This document shows, one piece after another, positions 25,632 through 39,472 of a stretch of 64,000 nucleotides of DNA. The translations under genes and the position numbers were made by a program. The notes beneath the pieces were generated by a model. It saw nothing but the letters and a program-made list of their open reading frames with translations, was not told where the DNA came from and did not search any database. Numbering within the stretch: position 1 is the stretch's first letter; every line of letters begins with the position of its first letter. Origin of the DNA: an uncultured Acidimicrobiales bacterium (GTDB taxonomy: Bacteria > Actinomycetota > Acidimicrobiia > Acidimicrobiales > VFJN01); contig CAVUBW010000024.1 in NCBI GenBank assembly GCA_963739835.1, positions 386,840 to 450,839 on the forward strand, written 5' to 3'.

Positions 25632-26498
25632 ATGGGAGAGTTCGTCGTGATCACCGGCCATTCCGGCGCCGGTCGCAGCCTTGCCGCCGACGCTCTCGAG
25701 GACCTCGGCTGGTTCGTCATCGACAACCTCCCGCCCGAGCTGGTGCCGAAGGTCGTCGAGCTGGCCCGACGCCGGGCTCACGCGTCGGCCGGGTCGCCCT
25801 CGTGGTCGGCACCGGGCACTACCAGGACGAGATCCTTCCGACGCTGGCATGGCTGCGCTCGACCGGGGCCCGGGTGCGGGTGCTGTTCCTGGACGCCGAC
25901 GACCGACACGCTGGTCCGCCGCTACGAGAGCAGCCGCGCGCCGCCACCCCCTGCTCGGGCGGCAGCCACGAGCACCTGGTCGGCGGCGATCGAGCGGGAG
26001 CGGCTGCTGCTCGAGCCGGTCCGGGACGGCGCCGACATCGTGATCGACACGACGGCGCTGAACGTCCACGAGCTGCGCGCGCCGCGTGCACGAGCTGTTC
26101 GGCGGCGACGACGCCGCGCCCGCGATGCAGACCACGCTGCTGTCGTTCGGCTACAAGCACGGCGCTGCCGCTCGACGTCGACCTGGTGTTCGACTGCCGG
26201 TTCCTGCCCAACCCCCACTGGGTCGACGAGCTGCGGCCGCTGACCGGCCTCGACGCGCCGGTGCGCGACTACGTCCTGGGCCAACCGGCGACGGGCGCCT
26301 TCCTCGACACGCTGGACGACCTGCTCGAGCTGCTGCTGCCGGCCTACGTCGCCGAGGGCAAGGCGTACCTGACCATCGCGCTCGGCTGCACCGGCGGGCG
26401 CCACCGCTCGGTCGTCGATCGCCGAGGAGCTGGCCCGCCGCCTGGCTGCGCCACGGGCATCGGGCCGCGCGTGCCGCCACCGGGACGTCGACAAGTGA
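25632..26498 (+). CDS. rapZ: RNase adapter / nucleotide-binding protein RapZ, many +1 extra bases
   Basis: [44 protein letters not shown]..., ...[21 protein letters not shown], ...SFGYKHG...[29 protein letters not shown], ...[15 protein letters not shown]. Confidence 0.85.
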
Positions 26499-27407
26499 CG
26501 GCACCGTCGCCGGCGACCCGCGGGTCGTCGCCATCGGCGGCGGCCACGGGCTCGCGGCCACGCTCCGGGCCGTGCGCCGCTACGCCGGCCGGATCACCGC
26601 GGTGGTGGCGGTGGCCGACGACGGCGGCTCGACCGGCCGGCTGCGGGAGCCGCTCGGCCTGCCCGCCCCGGGGGACCTGCGCAAGTGCCTGGTGGCGCTG
26701 GCCGGGCGGAGTCGAGCTGCCCGCTCGCCGCGGCCATGGAGCACCGGTTCGGGGCCGGCGACGCTGGCGGGCCACGCGCTCGGCAACCTGCTGCTCGGCG
26801 GGCCTGGCCGAGTCCGATGGGCGACTTCGTGGCGGCGGCTCGACGAGCTGTCGCGCCGGTCGGCCTCGACCCGGCGGTCGGCCGGGTGCTGCCGGCGACG
26901 GCGGAGCCGGTCGTGCTCCGGGCCGACACCGCGGCTCGGGCGACGAGGTGCGCGGCCAGGTGGCGATCGTGGGCACGCCGGGCCGATCGTCCAGCGTGAC
27001 GGGTCGACCCGGCCGACGCGTCCGGCCCGCCCGAGGCGGTGGCGGCACTGGCGCAGGCCGACCAGGTGGTGCTGGGCCCGGGCTCGCTCTACACGAGCGT
27101 GCTGGCGGCCGCCGCGGTCGCCGACGTCCGGGACGCGCTCAAGCAGGCGCCGGGCCCGCTGGTCTACGTCTGCAACCTGCGGCCCCAGGCCGAGGAGACC
27201 CGCGGCTACGACGTGGCGGACCACGTCGACGGCGCTGCGCCGCCACGGCGTCGAGCCGGACGTGGTGCTGGTCCAGCGGGACGCCCTCGCCGCTGGGCGA
27301 GCCCCGACGCGAGATCGTGGAGGCCGACGCTCGTGCGGCCCGCACGGCCTCGCCCACGACCCGGCCAAGCTGGCGGCAGGCCCTCCGGGCTGCTCAGCGG
27401 CAGCTGA
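26471..27407 (+). CDS. yvcK: YvcK/CofD-family gluconeogenesis-factor-like protein, many +1 extra bases; both ends uncertain
   Basis: ...[64 protein letters not shown]...GHALGNLLL...[24 protein letters not shown]...[23 protein letters not shown]. The end is placed at TGA 27405-27407 because GC3 stays high in that frame. Confidence 0.75.
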
Positions 27408-27519
27408 CGGGTGCCGGCGACGCTGCTCGCGTCGCCAACGTACCGTCGGTCGTCCCGCCCGCTCTAAGGTCCCTGTGGACGCTTCGGGTCGACGATCGAC
27501 GACAGAGAGGGCCAGACAG

Positions 27520-28550
27520 ATGACCATCCGCGTGGGGATCAACGGCTTCGGCCGCATCGGCCGCAACTTCTTCCGGGCCGCCAAGGGGCAGGGCGCCGAC
27601 ATCGACTTCGTCGCCGTCAACGACCTCGGGCTCGCTCGAGACGATGGCGCACCTGCTCAAGTACGACTCGGTCGCTCGGCACGCTGCCCGGACGACGTCA
27701 AGGCGACCGACGACGGCATCAACGTCGACGGCGACGTGCTCAAGGTGCTCGCCGACCGCGACCCGGCCGAGCTGCCCGTGGGGCGAGCTCGGCGTCGACG
27801 TCGTCGATCGAGTCGACCGGCTTCTTCACCGACCGCGACAAGGCCGCCGCCCACCTCGACGGCCGGCGCGCCCCGTCGTCATCGTGTCGGCGCCCGTGCG
27901 ACCGGCGCCGACGCCACGTTCGTGGTCGGCGTCAACGACGACACCTTCGACCCGGCCGCCCACAAGGTCGTGTCCAACGCGTCGTGCACCACCAACTGCT
28001 TCGTGCCGATGATCAAGGTCCTCGACGACGCCTTCGGCGTCGAGAAGGGCCTCATGACCACGATCCACGCCTACACCGGCGACCAGAGCTGGTCGACGGC
28101 CCCCACAGCGACCTGCGCCGGGCCCGCGCCGCGGCCGTCAACATCGTGCCGACCTCCACCGGCGCCGCCCGCGCCACCGGCCTCGTGCTGCGAGTCGATG
28201 AAGGGCAAGCTCGACGGCACCGTCGCTGCGGGTGCCCGTGCCCGACCGGCTCGATCACCGACTTCGCCGGCGTGCTCGACCAGGACGTCGACCGTCGACG
28301 AGGTCAACGCCGCGTTCCAGGCCGCCGCCGCCGAGGGCCCGCTGTCAAGGGCGTGCTCGAGTACACCGAGGAGCCGCTCGTGTCGTCCGACATCGTCGGC
28401 TCGCCCGCAGCTCGTGCATCTTCGACTCGCGGCCTCACCATGGCCATGGGCAACCTGGTCAAGGTGCTCGGCTGGTACGACAACGAGTGGGGCTACTCGA
28501 ACCGCCTCGTCGACCTCGCCCTGATCGTCGGCACGGCCAACCAGGGCTGA
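27520..28550 (+). CDS. gap: glyceraldehyde-3-phosphate dehydrogenase, many +1 extra bases
   Basis: [22 protein letters not shown]...[12 protein letters not shown]...[18 protein letters not shown]...[39 protein letters not shown]...[12 protein letters not shown]...[18 protein letters not shown]. Confidence 0.93.
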
Positions 28551-28552
28551 GC

Positions 28553-30510
<1,958 letters not shown>

Positions 30511-30893
30511 CCAACCGCAGTTCGCGTGTGACCGGCGCCACAGCGTGGTACACACGGAGCGACGGCGGGTGTTCTCACCGTGCCCGAGCCGCCAACGTGC
30601 AGGTTGTGTGAAGATGTCGCGACGAGCTGATGTAAACGTCCAACGGCACGCCGCTCTGCTTTGCTCACCCGTCACCGAACCGGCGTCACACCAGACGTTC
30701 CTGCTAAGTTCGGCCCGTTCACCGGTACGACTTGCGAGCTACCGGACGCGAACAACCGCAGGGAGAGTCGCCGTGACGACAGCCGTGGCTCGTTCCCGGT
30801 TCGGGGGCCGACCATCGTCGGCCGCCGCCGGGCGTCCATCGCCGAGCACGGTGGCCCCGCGGTCGACATGACCACATCGAGGAGGTCCACCAA

Positions 30894-32588
30894 GTGAGAC
30901 GACAGCGCAGGGGCTCCCAGCTCCTTGCTCTCATCCTGGGACTCTCCCTCATCGCCGCCGCCTGTGGCGGGGATGACAACGGGAGCAGCAGCGGGAGCAA
31001 CGAATCGAGTTCGAACGAGACGCCGCAGCAGGGGGGCGAGATGGTCGATCTCGGCACCTTCGTCGGCGACCCGCCCGAGCACATCGATCCGGCCCTGAAC
31101 ACGACGCTCGACGCCTACCAGGTCGTGAACGCCGTGTACGACGGCCTGACCGACATCGACGCCAGCGATCCCGACAAGCCGAAGATCGTGCCGCAGGTGG
31201 CCGAGTCGTTCGACTCGAACGACGACGCCACGCAGTGGACGTTCAAGATCCGCGACGGCCTGAAGTTCGCGAGCGGCGAGGAGATCAAGCCGAGCACGTT
31301 CCAGCGGTCCTGGGAGCGCGCCAGCAATCCCGACTTCGCCGGCGACTACTCGTACCTGTTCAACTTCATCAAGGGCGGCGCCGAGAAGCTCGACGGCACC
31401 GCGACGACCCTCGCCGGCGTGAAGGCCGACGACGACACGATGACGCTGACGGTCGACCTGGCCAAGCCGTACTCCAACTTCCCGGCCGTCGCCGGGTTCC
31501 AGCTGTTCATGCCGGTCCCCGAGGAAGCCGGGACCGACGCCACCACGGCCGCCGACTGGGAGAACGGCAAGATGTTCGGCAACGGGCCCTTCATGCTGGA
31601 GTCGCCCCGGACCGACACCGAGATCGTCCTGGTCCCGAACCCCGAGTGGGACGGCACCAAGTACACCGACCTCGACCTGCCGGCCAAGCCGTACCTCGAC
31701 AAGGTCACCTTCCAGGTGACGGCCGACCCCGACACCTCGTTCAACTCGTTCGAGGCCGGTGAGGGCCAGACCGGGCAGATCCCGCCCGGCCGCGTCACCG
31801 AGGCCACCGACAAGTACGCCAACACGCTCGACGTGTCGATCCTCGGCAGCTACCACTTCGACGTCAACATGCGCGACCCGCAGCTCGGCGGCGACCAGAA
31901 CAAGCTGCTGCGCAAGGCGATCTCGCAGTCGATCAACCGCGACGAGATCAACGAGGCCGTCTACGAGAACAGCCGGACCGTCGCCAACGGCGTGACCCCC
32001 GAGGGCATCCCCGGGTGGAAGGCCGACCTGTGCGACGACTGCAAGTACGACCCCACGGCTGCCAAGGACAACTTCCAGAAGTGGCAGGACGCAGGGGGGA
32101 GCCTGAGCGCGCCCATCAAGATCCAGTTCAACACGGGCGCCGGCCATGAGGACGTCGTGGCGATCATGGTCGACAACCTCAAGCAGACCGGCATCGACGC
32201 CGTCCAGGAGGGCATCGACAGCGAGACGTACTTCTCGCAGCTCGCCGACGGCGCCTGCGTGATCTGCCGGGCCGGTTGGTTCGCGGACTACCCGACGTAC
32301 GACAACTTCATGTACGACCTGTTCCACACCGACTCGCTCGGCGGGAACAACTACGGGTACTCGAACCCCGAGTTCGACCAGCTGGTCGACCAGGCCAAGC
32401 AGACGGTCGACCCGGACGAGCAGGCCAGCCTGTTCCAGCAGGCCGAGACCATCCTGCTGGACGACGTCGGGGTCATCCCGATCGTCTGGTACCGCGGCGA
32501 CTACGTCTACGACAAGGACAAGATCGGCGGTTTCACGCAGACCAACTTCGGTCTGATCCTCTGGGAGAAGGTCTTCGCCAAGAGCTAG
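30894..32588 (+). CDS. ABC transporter substrate-binding lipoprotein, family 5 (peptide/nickel, OppA/DppA-like)
   Basis: RBS gaggagg then GTG. Lipobox LSLIAAACGGDD. Clean 564-aa ORF with the typical SBP_bac_5 layout (...NPDFAGDYSYLF..., ...GWFADYPTYDNFMYDLF...). Confidence 0.85.
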   Translation: MRRQRRGSQLLALILGLSLIAAACGGDDNGSSSGSNESSSNETPQQGGEMVDLGTFVGDPPEHIDPALNTTLDAYQVVNAVYDGLTDIDASDPDKPKIVPQVAESFDSNDDATQWTFKIRDGLKFASGEEIKPSTFQRSWERASNPDFAGDYSYLFNFIKGGAEKLDGTATTLAGVKADDDTMTLTVDLAKPYSNFPAVAGFQLFMPVPEEAGTDATTAADWENGKMFGNGPFMLESPRTDTEIVLVPNPEWDGTKYTDLDLPAKPYLDKVTFQVTADPDTSFNSFEAGEGQTGQIPPGRVTEATDKYANTLDVSILGSYHFDVNMRDPQLGGDQNKLLRKAISQSINRDEINEAVYENSRTVANGVTPEGIPGWKADLCDDCKYDPTAAKDNFQKWQDAGGSLSAPIKIQFNTGAGHEDVVAIMVDNLKQTGIDAVQEGIDSETYFSQLADGACVICRAGWFADYPTYDNFMYDLFHTDSLGGNNYGYSNPEFDQLVDQAKQTVDPDEQASLFQQAETILLDDVGVIPIVWYRGDYVYDKDKIGGFTQTNFGLILWEKVFAKS

Positions 32589-32667
32589 TCGTGTGCTGTG
32601 ACCGGGGGGCGCTCCGTGCGCCCCCCGGATCCACTCCTCCCCACGAGTCCTCCCCACGAGGCCCACG

Positions 32668-33675
32668 ATGACCAGCTACATCATCCGCCGTCTCCTGCTC
32701 ATCATCCCGACGGTGTTCTTCGCGCTGTCGTTCCTGTTCTTCCTGTTCTTCACCCTGCCCGGCGACCCGGCGCGCCTCATCGCGGGCGGCGCCAACCGCA
32801 GCATCGACGCAGGGGTCGTCGAGCGGATCAACGAGCGCTACGGCCTCGACGAGCCGCTGCTGATCCAGTTCAAGGACTACTGGTCGCGGACGATCCACTG
32901 GGACCTCGGCGAGTCGTTCCTCAACCGCCGCAGCGTGAACGACATCCTCGGCGAGAAGGCGGTCAACAGCATCCGCCTCGGCATCTGGGCCGTCCTCATC
33001 GAGATCGTCGTCGGCATCTCGGTCGGCGTGCTCTCCGCCCTACGGCGCTACTCGCTCAGCGACAAGGCGACGACGATCGTCACGGCCGCGGCCTCCGCGA
33101 TACCCGTTTTCGTGCTGGGGTTCCTGTTGCAGTGGCTGTTCGCGGTCTACCCGAACAAGCAGGGCTGGCCCGCGTGGACCCATCTGCGGACCCAGGGCAT
33201 CGGCCCCAACAGCTGGGCGTTCTTCTTCATCCCGACCGGCGAGCAGTGGCGCTACCTGATCCTGCCGGCGATCACCCTGGCCTCGGTGTCCACCGCCCTC
33301 GCCGCCCGCATGACCCGGGGCTCGATGCTCGAGGTGATGCGGGCCGACTACATGCGCACCGCCCGGGCCAAGGGGCTGAACGAGCGGAGCGTCGTCCTGC
33401 GCCACGGCATGCGCAACGCCATGCTGCCGGTCGTCACCCTCATCGGCATCGACTTCGGCACCGTGATCGGCGCCGCCGTGCTCACCGAGACGACGTTCTC
33501 GTGGCCGGGCCTCGGCTCGCAGATCGCCAACGCGGTCGGGCAGCGTGACCTGCCGGTGATCCTGGGGTTGACGCTCGTGGTGGTGATCGCGTTCGCCGTC
33601 ATCAACCTGCTCGTCGACATCTCGTACGCCTGGTTCGATCCACGCATCCGGTTGGGGAAGGGGGAATCGTCATGA
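32668..33675 (+). CDS. peptide ABC transporter permease (OppB/DppB-like)
   Basis: Clean 335-aa ORF MTSYIIRRLLLIIPTVFFALSFLFFLFFTLPGDPARL...DYMRTARAKGLNERSVVLRHGMRNAMLPVVT (EAA loop). Confidence 0.88.
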   Translation: MTSYIIRRLLLIIPTVFFALSFLFFLFFTLPGDPARLIAGGANRSIDAGVVERINERYGLDEPLLIQFKDYWSRTIHWDLGESFLNRRSVNDILGEKAVNSIRLGIWAVLIEIVVGISVGVLSALRRYSLSDKATTIVTAAASAIPVFVLGFLLQWLFAVYPNKQGWPAWTHLRTQGIGPNSWAFFFIPTGEQWRYLILPAITLASVSTALAARMTRGSMLEVMRADYMRTARAKGLNERSVVLRHGMRNAMLPVVTLIGIDFGTVIGAAVLTETTFSWPGLGSQIANAVGQRDLPVILGLTLVVVIAFAVINLLVDISYAWFDPRIRLGKGESS

Positions 33676-34589
33676 CGCTCATCGAGTCAGGCACCCCGAT
33701 CGCCGTCGCCGTCCCCGAGGCGGGGGGCGACGACCTCGGTGAGGCCCGCCCGTTCCGCAAGGACGTCTGGAAGCGCTACAAGCGCAACAGGCTGGCGATG
33801 ATCGGCCTCGTGTTCCTCGTCTTCCTGGTGCTGGTGGCGATCTTCGCCCCGCTGATCGCGCCGTACAGCATCACCGAGCGCAGCGACCAGTTCCGCAAGC
33901 CGCCGTCGAGCGCCCACTGGTTCGGCACCGACGACATCGGGCGCGACGTGTTCAGCCGGGTCGTCTACGGCGCCCGGGTGTCGTTGCGGATCGGCGTTCA
34001 TCGCCACGGCGATCTCGCTCGTCATCGGCCTGTTCCTCGGGGCGATCGCCGGCTTCTTCGGCGGGGTGCTCGACACGTTCATCGCCCGGCTCGTCGACGT
34101 GTTCCTGGCGATCCCCTACATCGTGCTGGCGGTGGCCATCGCCTCGGTGATCGGCCACAGCGAGAACTCGGTCATCCTCGTGCTCGGCCTGACGGGCTGG
34201 CTGGCGATGACCCGCATCGTCCGGGCCAGCTTCCTGTCGTTGAAGCGCCTGGAGTACGTGGAGGCCGCCACCGCGCTCGGCCTGACGCGGCGGAGGATCA
34301 TGTTCCGCCACATCCTGCCCAACGCGCTCCAGCCGATCATCGTGTACGGCACGATCGCGGTCGGCGGCGTGATCCTGGCCGAGGCCGCACTGTCGTTCCT
34401 CAACGTGGGCCCGCAGCCGCCGACGCCGGCCTGGGGGCTCATGGTCTCCGACGGCAAGGGCTCGCTGACCAACGCGCCGCACCTGCTGTTCTTCCCGGGC
34501 ATCGCGATCTTCCTGACCGTGCTGGCGTTCGTGTTCATCGGCGACGGGCTGCGCGACGCCCTCGACCCCAAGCTGAAGTGACCCGATGA
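33672..34589 (+). CDS. peptide ABC transporter permease (OppC/DppC-like); single +1 extra base at 33996
   Basis: ...HWFGTDDIGRDVFSRVVYGARVSLRIG then FIATAISLVIGLFLGAIAGFFGGVLDTFIARLVDVFLAIPYIVLAV...EYVEAATALGLTRRRIMFRHILPNAL. Confidence 0.85.
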   Translation: MTLIESGTPIAVAVPEAGGDDLGEARPFRKDVWKRYKRNRLAMIGLVFLVFLVLVAIFAPLIAPYSITERSDQFRKPPSSAHWFGTDDIGRDVFSRVVYGARVSLRIGVHRHGDLARHRPVPRGDRRLLRRGARHVHRPARRRVPGDPLHRAGGGHRLGDRPQRELGHPRARPDGLAGDDPHRPGQLPVVEAPGVRGGRHRARPDAAEDHVPPHPAQRAPADHRVRHDRGRRRDPGRGRTVVPQRGPAAADAGLGAHGLRRQGLADQRAAPAVLPGHRDLPDRAGVRVHRRRAARRPRPQAEVTR

Positions 34590-35693
34590 CGAGCCCGCTG
34601 ATGACGCCCTTGGACGGCATGGCGTCCAACGGCAAGGACGTCCTGCTGTCGATCCGTGACCTGCGGGCGGGGTTCCCGACCGACGACGGCGTCGTCCACG
34701 CGGTCGACGGCGTCAGCTTCGACGTGAACCGGGGCGAGGTGTTCGCCATCGTCGGCGAGTCGGGCTCGGGCAAGTCGGTGACCGCCATGGCGATCCTCGG
34801 CCTGCTACCGACCCTCGACATCACCGGCGGCGAGATCCTGTGGAAGGGGGTCGACGTCCTCACGCTGAACGAGAACCAGCGCCGGTCCATCCGGGGCAAG
34901 GAGATCGCCATGATCTTCCAGGACCCGCTGACCGCGCTGAACCCCGTGCACACGATCGGCCGGCAGATCGCCGAGATGGCCCGCATCCACGAGGGCCTCG
35001 GCAAGAGGGCGGCGTTCGAGCGGGCGGTCGAGCTGCTCGACCTGGTCGGCATCCCCGAGGCCCGCAAGCGGGCCACGATGTACCCGCACGAGTTCTCCGG
35101 CGGCATGCGCCAGCGGGCGATGATCGCCATGGCGATCACCTGCAAGCCCGACCTGCTGATCGCCGACGAGCCCACCACCGCGCTCGACGTGACGGTGCAG
35201 GCCCAGGTGCTCGAGGTGCTGATCGGCATCAAGGACGAGATCGACTCGGCGATCATGCTCATCACCCACGACCTCGGCGTCGTCGCCGGCCTGGCCGACC
35301 GGGTGATGGTCATGTACGCCGGGCGGCCGGTCGAGACCGGCACGATCGACGAGATCTTCTACGAGACCCGCCACCCCTACACGCTCGGCCTGCTGGCCAG
35401 CCTGCCCCGCCTCGACGACGTGGGCGACGAGGCGCTGTCCCGATCGCCGGGTCGCCGCCCTCGCTGATCCGCAAGCCGACCGGGTGCGCGTTCCATCCCC
35501 GGTGCCGCTTCGCGCGACGTCCCGGGGCTGTGCAACACCGAGAGCCCGGAGCTGCGCCTGGTGGCCGGCGACGCCCACCTGGCCGCCTGCCACCGCTCCG
35601 ACGACCTCGCCGGCGTCGACCGTCGACGAGCTGCGCGCCCAGGCCGACGAGGCCGACCTGCTCGTCGAGGACGCGGTGGTCGATGCACCGTGA
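34586..35693 (+). CDS. peptide ABC transporter ATPase (OppD/DppD-like); C-terminal part carries extra bases
   Basis: ...FAIVGESGSGKSVTAMAILGL...FSGGMRQRAMIAMAI...LIADEPTTALDVTVQ...ITHDLGVVA...HPYTLGLLASLPRL, then shifted frames ...IAGSPPSLIRKPTGCAFHPRC...AACHRSDDL...[13 protein letters not shown]. Confidence 0.85.
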
Positions 35694-36767
35694 CCGACAC
35701 CGCCGTCGAACCCACGGCCGGTCGCGAGCGGCGCGCCGGCCGCTCCTGCTCGCGTCACGCGACCTGGTCAAGGACTTCCCGATCCGGGGCGGCGTGTTCG
35801 GCCGCACCGTCGGCTACGTGTCCGGCCGTCGCCGGGCGTCGAGCTTCGACCGTCGCGCCAGGGCGAGACGCTCGGGCTGGTGGGCGAGTCGGGCTGCGGC
35901 AAGTCGACGACCGGGCGGCTGCTGCTCCACCTGCTCCGGCCCACGTCCGGCACGGTCACCTTCGACGGCATGACGACTCGGCCGCATGAGGGGCAAGAGC
36001 CTGGCCGCCATGCCGGCGGCGGTTCCAGATCGTGTTCCAGGACCCGTACGCCTCGCTCAACCCCCGCATGACCGTCGGCGACATCGCTGGCCGAGCCGCT
36101 CAGGTCCACCGGCCTGGGCGACAAGGAGCGTCCAGGCGCGGGTGGCCGAGCTGCTCAAGATCGGTCGGTCTGGCGCCCGAGCACGTCAACCGCTTCCCGC
36201 ACGAGTTCTCCGGCGGCCAGCGCCAGCGCATCGGCATCGCCCGGGCCCTGGCGCTCGAGCCCGAGCTGATCGTGCTCGACGAGCCGGTGTCGGCCCTCGA
36301 CGTGTCGATCCAGGCCGGCGTGGTCAACCTGCTCCAGGACCTGCAGGACGAGCTCGGCCTCTCCTACGTCTTCATCGCCCACGACCTGTCGGTGGTGCGC
36401 CACATCTCCGACCGGGTGGCGGTGATGTACCTGGGCAAGATCGTCGAGACGGGCCAGCGCGAGGAGATCTACGAGAACGCCGGCCCACCCGTACACGCAG
36501 GCGCTGCTGTCGGCCATCCCGCTGCCCGACCCCAACGCCGAGCGCTCCCGGCAGCGGATCGTCCTCAACGGCGACGTGCCCAGCCCGGCCGACCCGCCGT
36601 CGGGCTGCCGCTTCCGCACCCGGTGCTGGCGCAAGCGCGAGCTGGAGGACGCGGGCGTCGACACGTCCGCCTGCTCGGAGGAGGAGCCGGCGCTGGAGAT
36701 CCGCTCGTCGAGCGGGGCCGACCATCCGGTGGCCTGCCACTTCGCGCAGACGCGGGCCGTCGTCTAA
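35690..36767 (+). CDS. peptide ABC transporter ATPase (OppF/DppF-like); several extra bases
   Basis: GTGA overlap with the previous gene. ...[21 protein letters not shown]...[17 protein letters not shown]...[17 protein letters not shown]...[15 protein letters not shown]...[13 protein letters not shown]...[11 protein letters not shown]...[16 protein letters not shown]. Confidence 0.85.
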
Positions 36768-36777
36768 CCTTGAGGCC

Positions 36778-37011
36778 GTGCTCACCGCCATCACCGCCGT
36801 CCTGAACGTAGGCGCGTCGCTGCTCATGATCGTGCTCGTGCTGCTGCACAGCGGCAAGGGCGGCGGCCTGTCCGACATGTTCGGCGGCGGCATGGGCGCG
36901 AGCGCCATGGGGTCGACCGTCATGGAGCGCAACCTCGACCGCATCACGGTGGTCGTGGCGCTCGTGTGGGGCTTCACGGTCGTGTCCCTGTCGTTGATGC
37001 TCGGCGGGTGA
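36778..37011 (+). CDS. secG: preprotein translocase subunit SecG
   Basis: GTG 36778: [73 protein letters not shown]. Confidence 0.85.
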   Translation: MLTAITAVLNVGASLLMIVLVLLHSGKGGGLSDMFGGGMGASAMGSTVMERNLDRITVVVALVWGFTVVSLSLMLGG

Positions 37012-39306
37012 ATGAGCATCCTGGGCAACCGGGTCCTCCGTAGCGAGGACCCCCGCCTCCTGACCGACGGCGGCCGGTACACCGCCGATCTCCGCGACCC
37101 CCGCCTCGACGGCGCCCTGCACGCCGTCTTCGTCCGCTCGACGGTGGCGCACGCCGAGCTCCTCGGCGTCGACGTGGCCGAGGCCGCAGCCGCGCCCGGC
37201 GTGGTCGCGGTGCTGACCGGGGCCGACATCGACCTCGCCCCGATGCCGGGGATGCTCAAGGCCGACATGGGCCGCACCCTCCTGGCACGCGACCGGGTCC
37301 GGTTCGTCGGCGAGCCGGTGGCGGTCGTCCTGGCCGAGACGCCCGCGCAGGGCGAGGACGCGGCCGAGCTGGTGATCGTCGACTACGAGCCGCTGCCCGC
37401 CGTGGTCGACCCCGCCACCGCGCTCGACGGCGACACGGTCCTGTTCCCGGAGGCCGGCACCAACCGGTCGGCGGGTTCGGCCACCCGCCCGGCGAGGGCA
37501 CCGGCCCCGAGGACTGCGAGGTCGTCGTCCGCCAGCGCATCGTCAACCAGCGCCTGGCGGCGTGCCCGCTCGAGGTCCGCTCGGCGGCCGCGGCCTGGGC
37601 CGAGGGCCGGCTGGTGCATGTGGATCTCGACTGCCAGAGCGCCCACGGCGCCAAGTCCGGGCTCACCGGCGCCTACGGGCTGTCCCCGGCCGACGTGCTC
37701 GTGATCGCGCCCGACGTCGGCGGCGGCTTCGGCGCCAAGGCCGGCGCGAGCGCCGAGGAGCTGTTGCTGCCGTGGCTCGCCCGCCGCACCGGGCGCCCGG
37801 TGCGCTGGACCGAGACCCGCACCGAGAACATGACCGCCATGGTCCACGGGCGGGCGCAGGTGCAGGACGTGACGATCGGCGGCACCCGCGACGGGCATCA
37901 TCGGGTCGTACCACCTCGACGGTCATCCAGGACGCCGGCGCCTACCCGTCGCTCGGCGCCGTGCTGCCGGGCATGACCCGGATGATGACGACCGGCATCT
38001 ACGCCATCCCCCACGTCGACGTTCGACGGCGACGATCGTCGCCACCACCACGACGCCGATCGCCGCCTACCGGGGCGCCGGCCGGCCGGAGGCCGCCGCC
38101 GCGCTCGAGCGGGCCGTCGACCTGTTCGCGGCCGAGATCGGCATGGACCCGGCCGAGGTCCGGCGGCGCAACCTGATGCCGGCGTTCGCCGAGACCCAGA
38201 CCACGCGCGTCGGGCACCACCTACGACTGCGGCGACTACCCGGCGGCGCTCGAGCGGGTGCTCGCGGCGGCCGGCTACGACGACCTGCGGGCCGAGCAGC
38301 GGCGGCGCCGCGAGGCGGGCGACCCGGTGGCGCTGGGCATCGGCCTGGCCAGCTACGTCGAGGTCACCGCCGGCCCGGTCGCCGGCAGCGAGTTCAGCCG
38401 GGTGCGGTCGACGCCCACGGCGGCCGGCGACGGCGTCGAGGTCGTCGTGTACACGGGCAGCTCGCCCCACGGCCAGGGCCACGACACGGCGTGGGCCATG
38501 ATCGTCGCCGACGAGCTGGGCGTCCCGATGGACGACGATCGGGTCGTCCACGGCGACACCGACCTGGTGGCCCGCGGGCGTGGGCACCGGTCGGGTCCCG
38601 CTCGGTGCAGCTGGCCGGCGCCGCGGTCCGGGCCGACGTCGGCCGAGGCTGGTCGACGCCGCCCGCCGCGGTGGCCGCCGACCTGCTCGAGGCCGCGGTC
38701 GACGACGTCGTGCTCGACGCCGACGCCGGCCGCTTCCACGTCGCCGGCATCGCCGGCGCGTCGCCCGGACGTGGGCCGAGGTCGGCGGCCGCCGCGCGAC
38801 GACCCTGAGCGCGGAGCCCGACTTCCAGGCGCCCCAGGCCCACGTTCCCGTTCGGCGCCCACCTGGCGGTGGTCGAGGTCGACACCGAGACCGGCGACGT
38901 CCGCCTGCGGCGGCTCGTGGCGGTCGACGACGCCGGCCGGGTGCTCAACCCGCTGCTCGCCGAGGGCCAGGTCCACGGCGGCCTGGCCCAGGGCGTCGCC
39001 CAGGCGCTGTTCGAGGAGGTCCGCTTCGACGCCGACGGCAACCCGCTGACGACGAACTTCGCCGACTACGCGATCCCGTCGGCCGCCGAGCTGCCGAGCT
39101 TCGAGCTGGTCGCGATGGAGACCCCCACGTCGGTCAACCCGCTCGGGGCCAAGGGCATCGGCGAGTCGGGCACGATCGGCTCGACACCGGCCGTGCAGAA
39201 CGCGGTGTTCGACGCCCTGGCCCACCTCGGCGTGCGCCACGTCGACATGCCGTGCACCCCCGAGCGGGTGTGGCGGGCGATCCGCGCCGCCGCCGAGGGC
39301 GAATAG
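37012..39306 (+). CDS. molybdopterin-binding large subunit of the xanthine dehydrogenase/CODH family (form-II CoxL-like), orphan copy; extra bases between ~37470 and ~38830
   Basis: [27 protein letters not shown]...[16 protein letters not shown]...; mid-part over three frames includes ...[21 protein letters not shown]...; clean C-terminus ...[32 protein letters not shown]...[19 protein letters not shown]. Confidence 0.85.
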
Positions 39307-39313
39307 CGAAAAC

Positions 39314-39358
39314 GATAACGAGGCCGGCCTCGTTATCATTTGCCGGCCGAAGGCCGGC
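39314..39358 (+). terminator. two consecutive GC-rich hairpins after the orphan coxL-like gene
   Basis: gataacgaggcc|ggcctcgttatc (24-nt perfect palindrome, 39314-39337), then gccggcc-gaa-ggccggc (39342-39358). Only a short aTTT between them, no long U tract. Confidence 0.45.
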
Positions 39359-39472
39359 CTACGCGCGGTAGCGGGACGCGAACACAGTGCGATCCGGCGA
39401 GCACGACACGCCGAGACGGGGCAGGATGACATCGGTCACAGGTCATCCGTCACAAACGGGAGGGGACCCCCT

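Noticed and set aside
30511-30893. Riboswitch or sRNA in the 383-nt spacer upstream of the peptide-binding protein gene
   Set aside because: Only a weak imperfect hairpin (30525-30556, possibly the tpiA terminator) and no motif I recognise. This is not enough to call.
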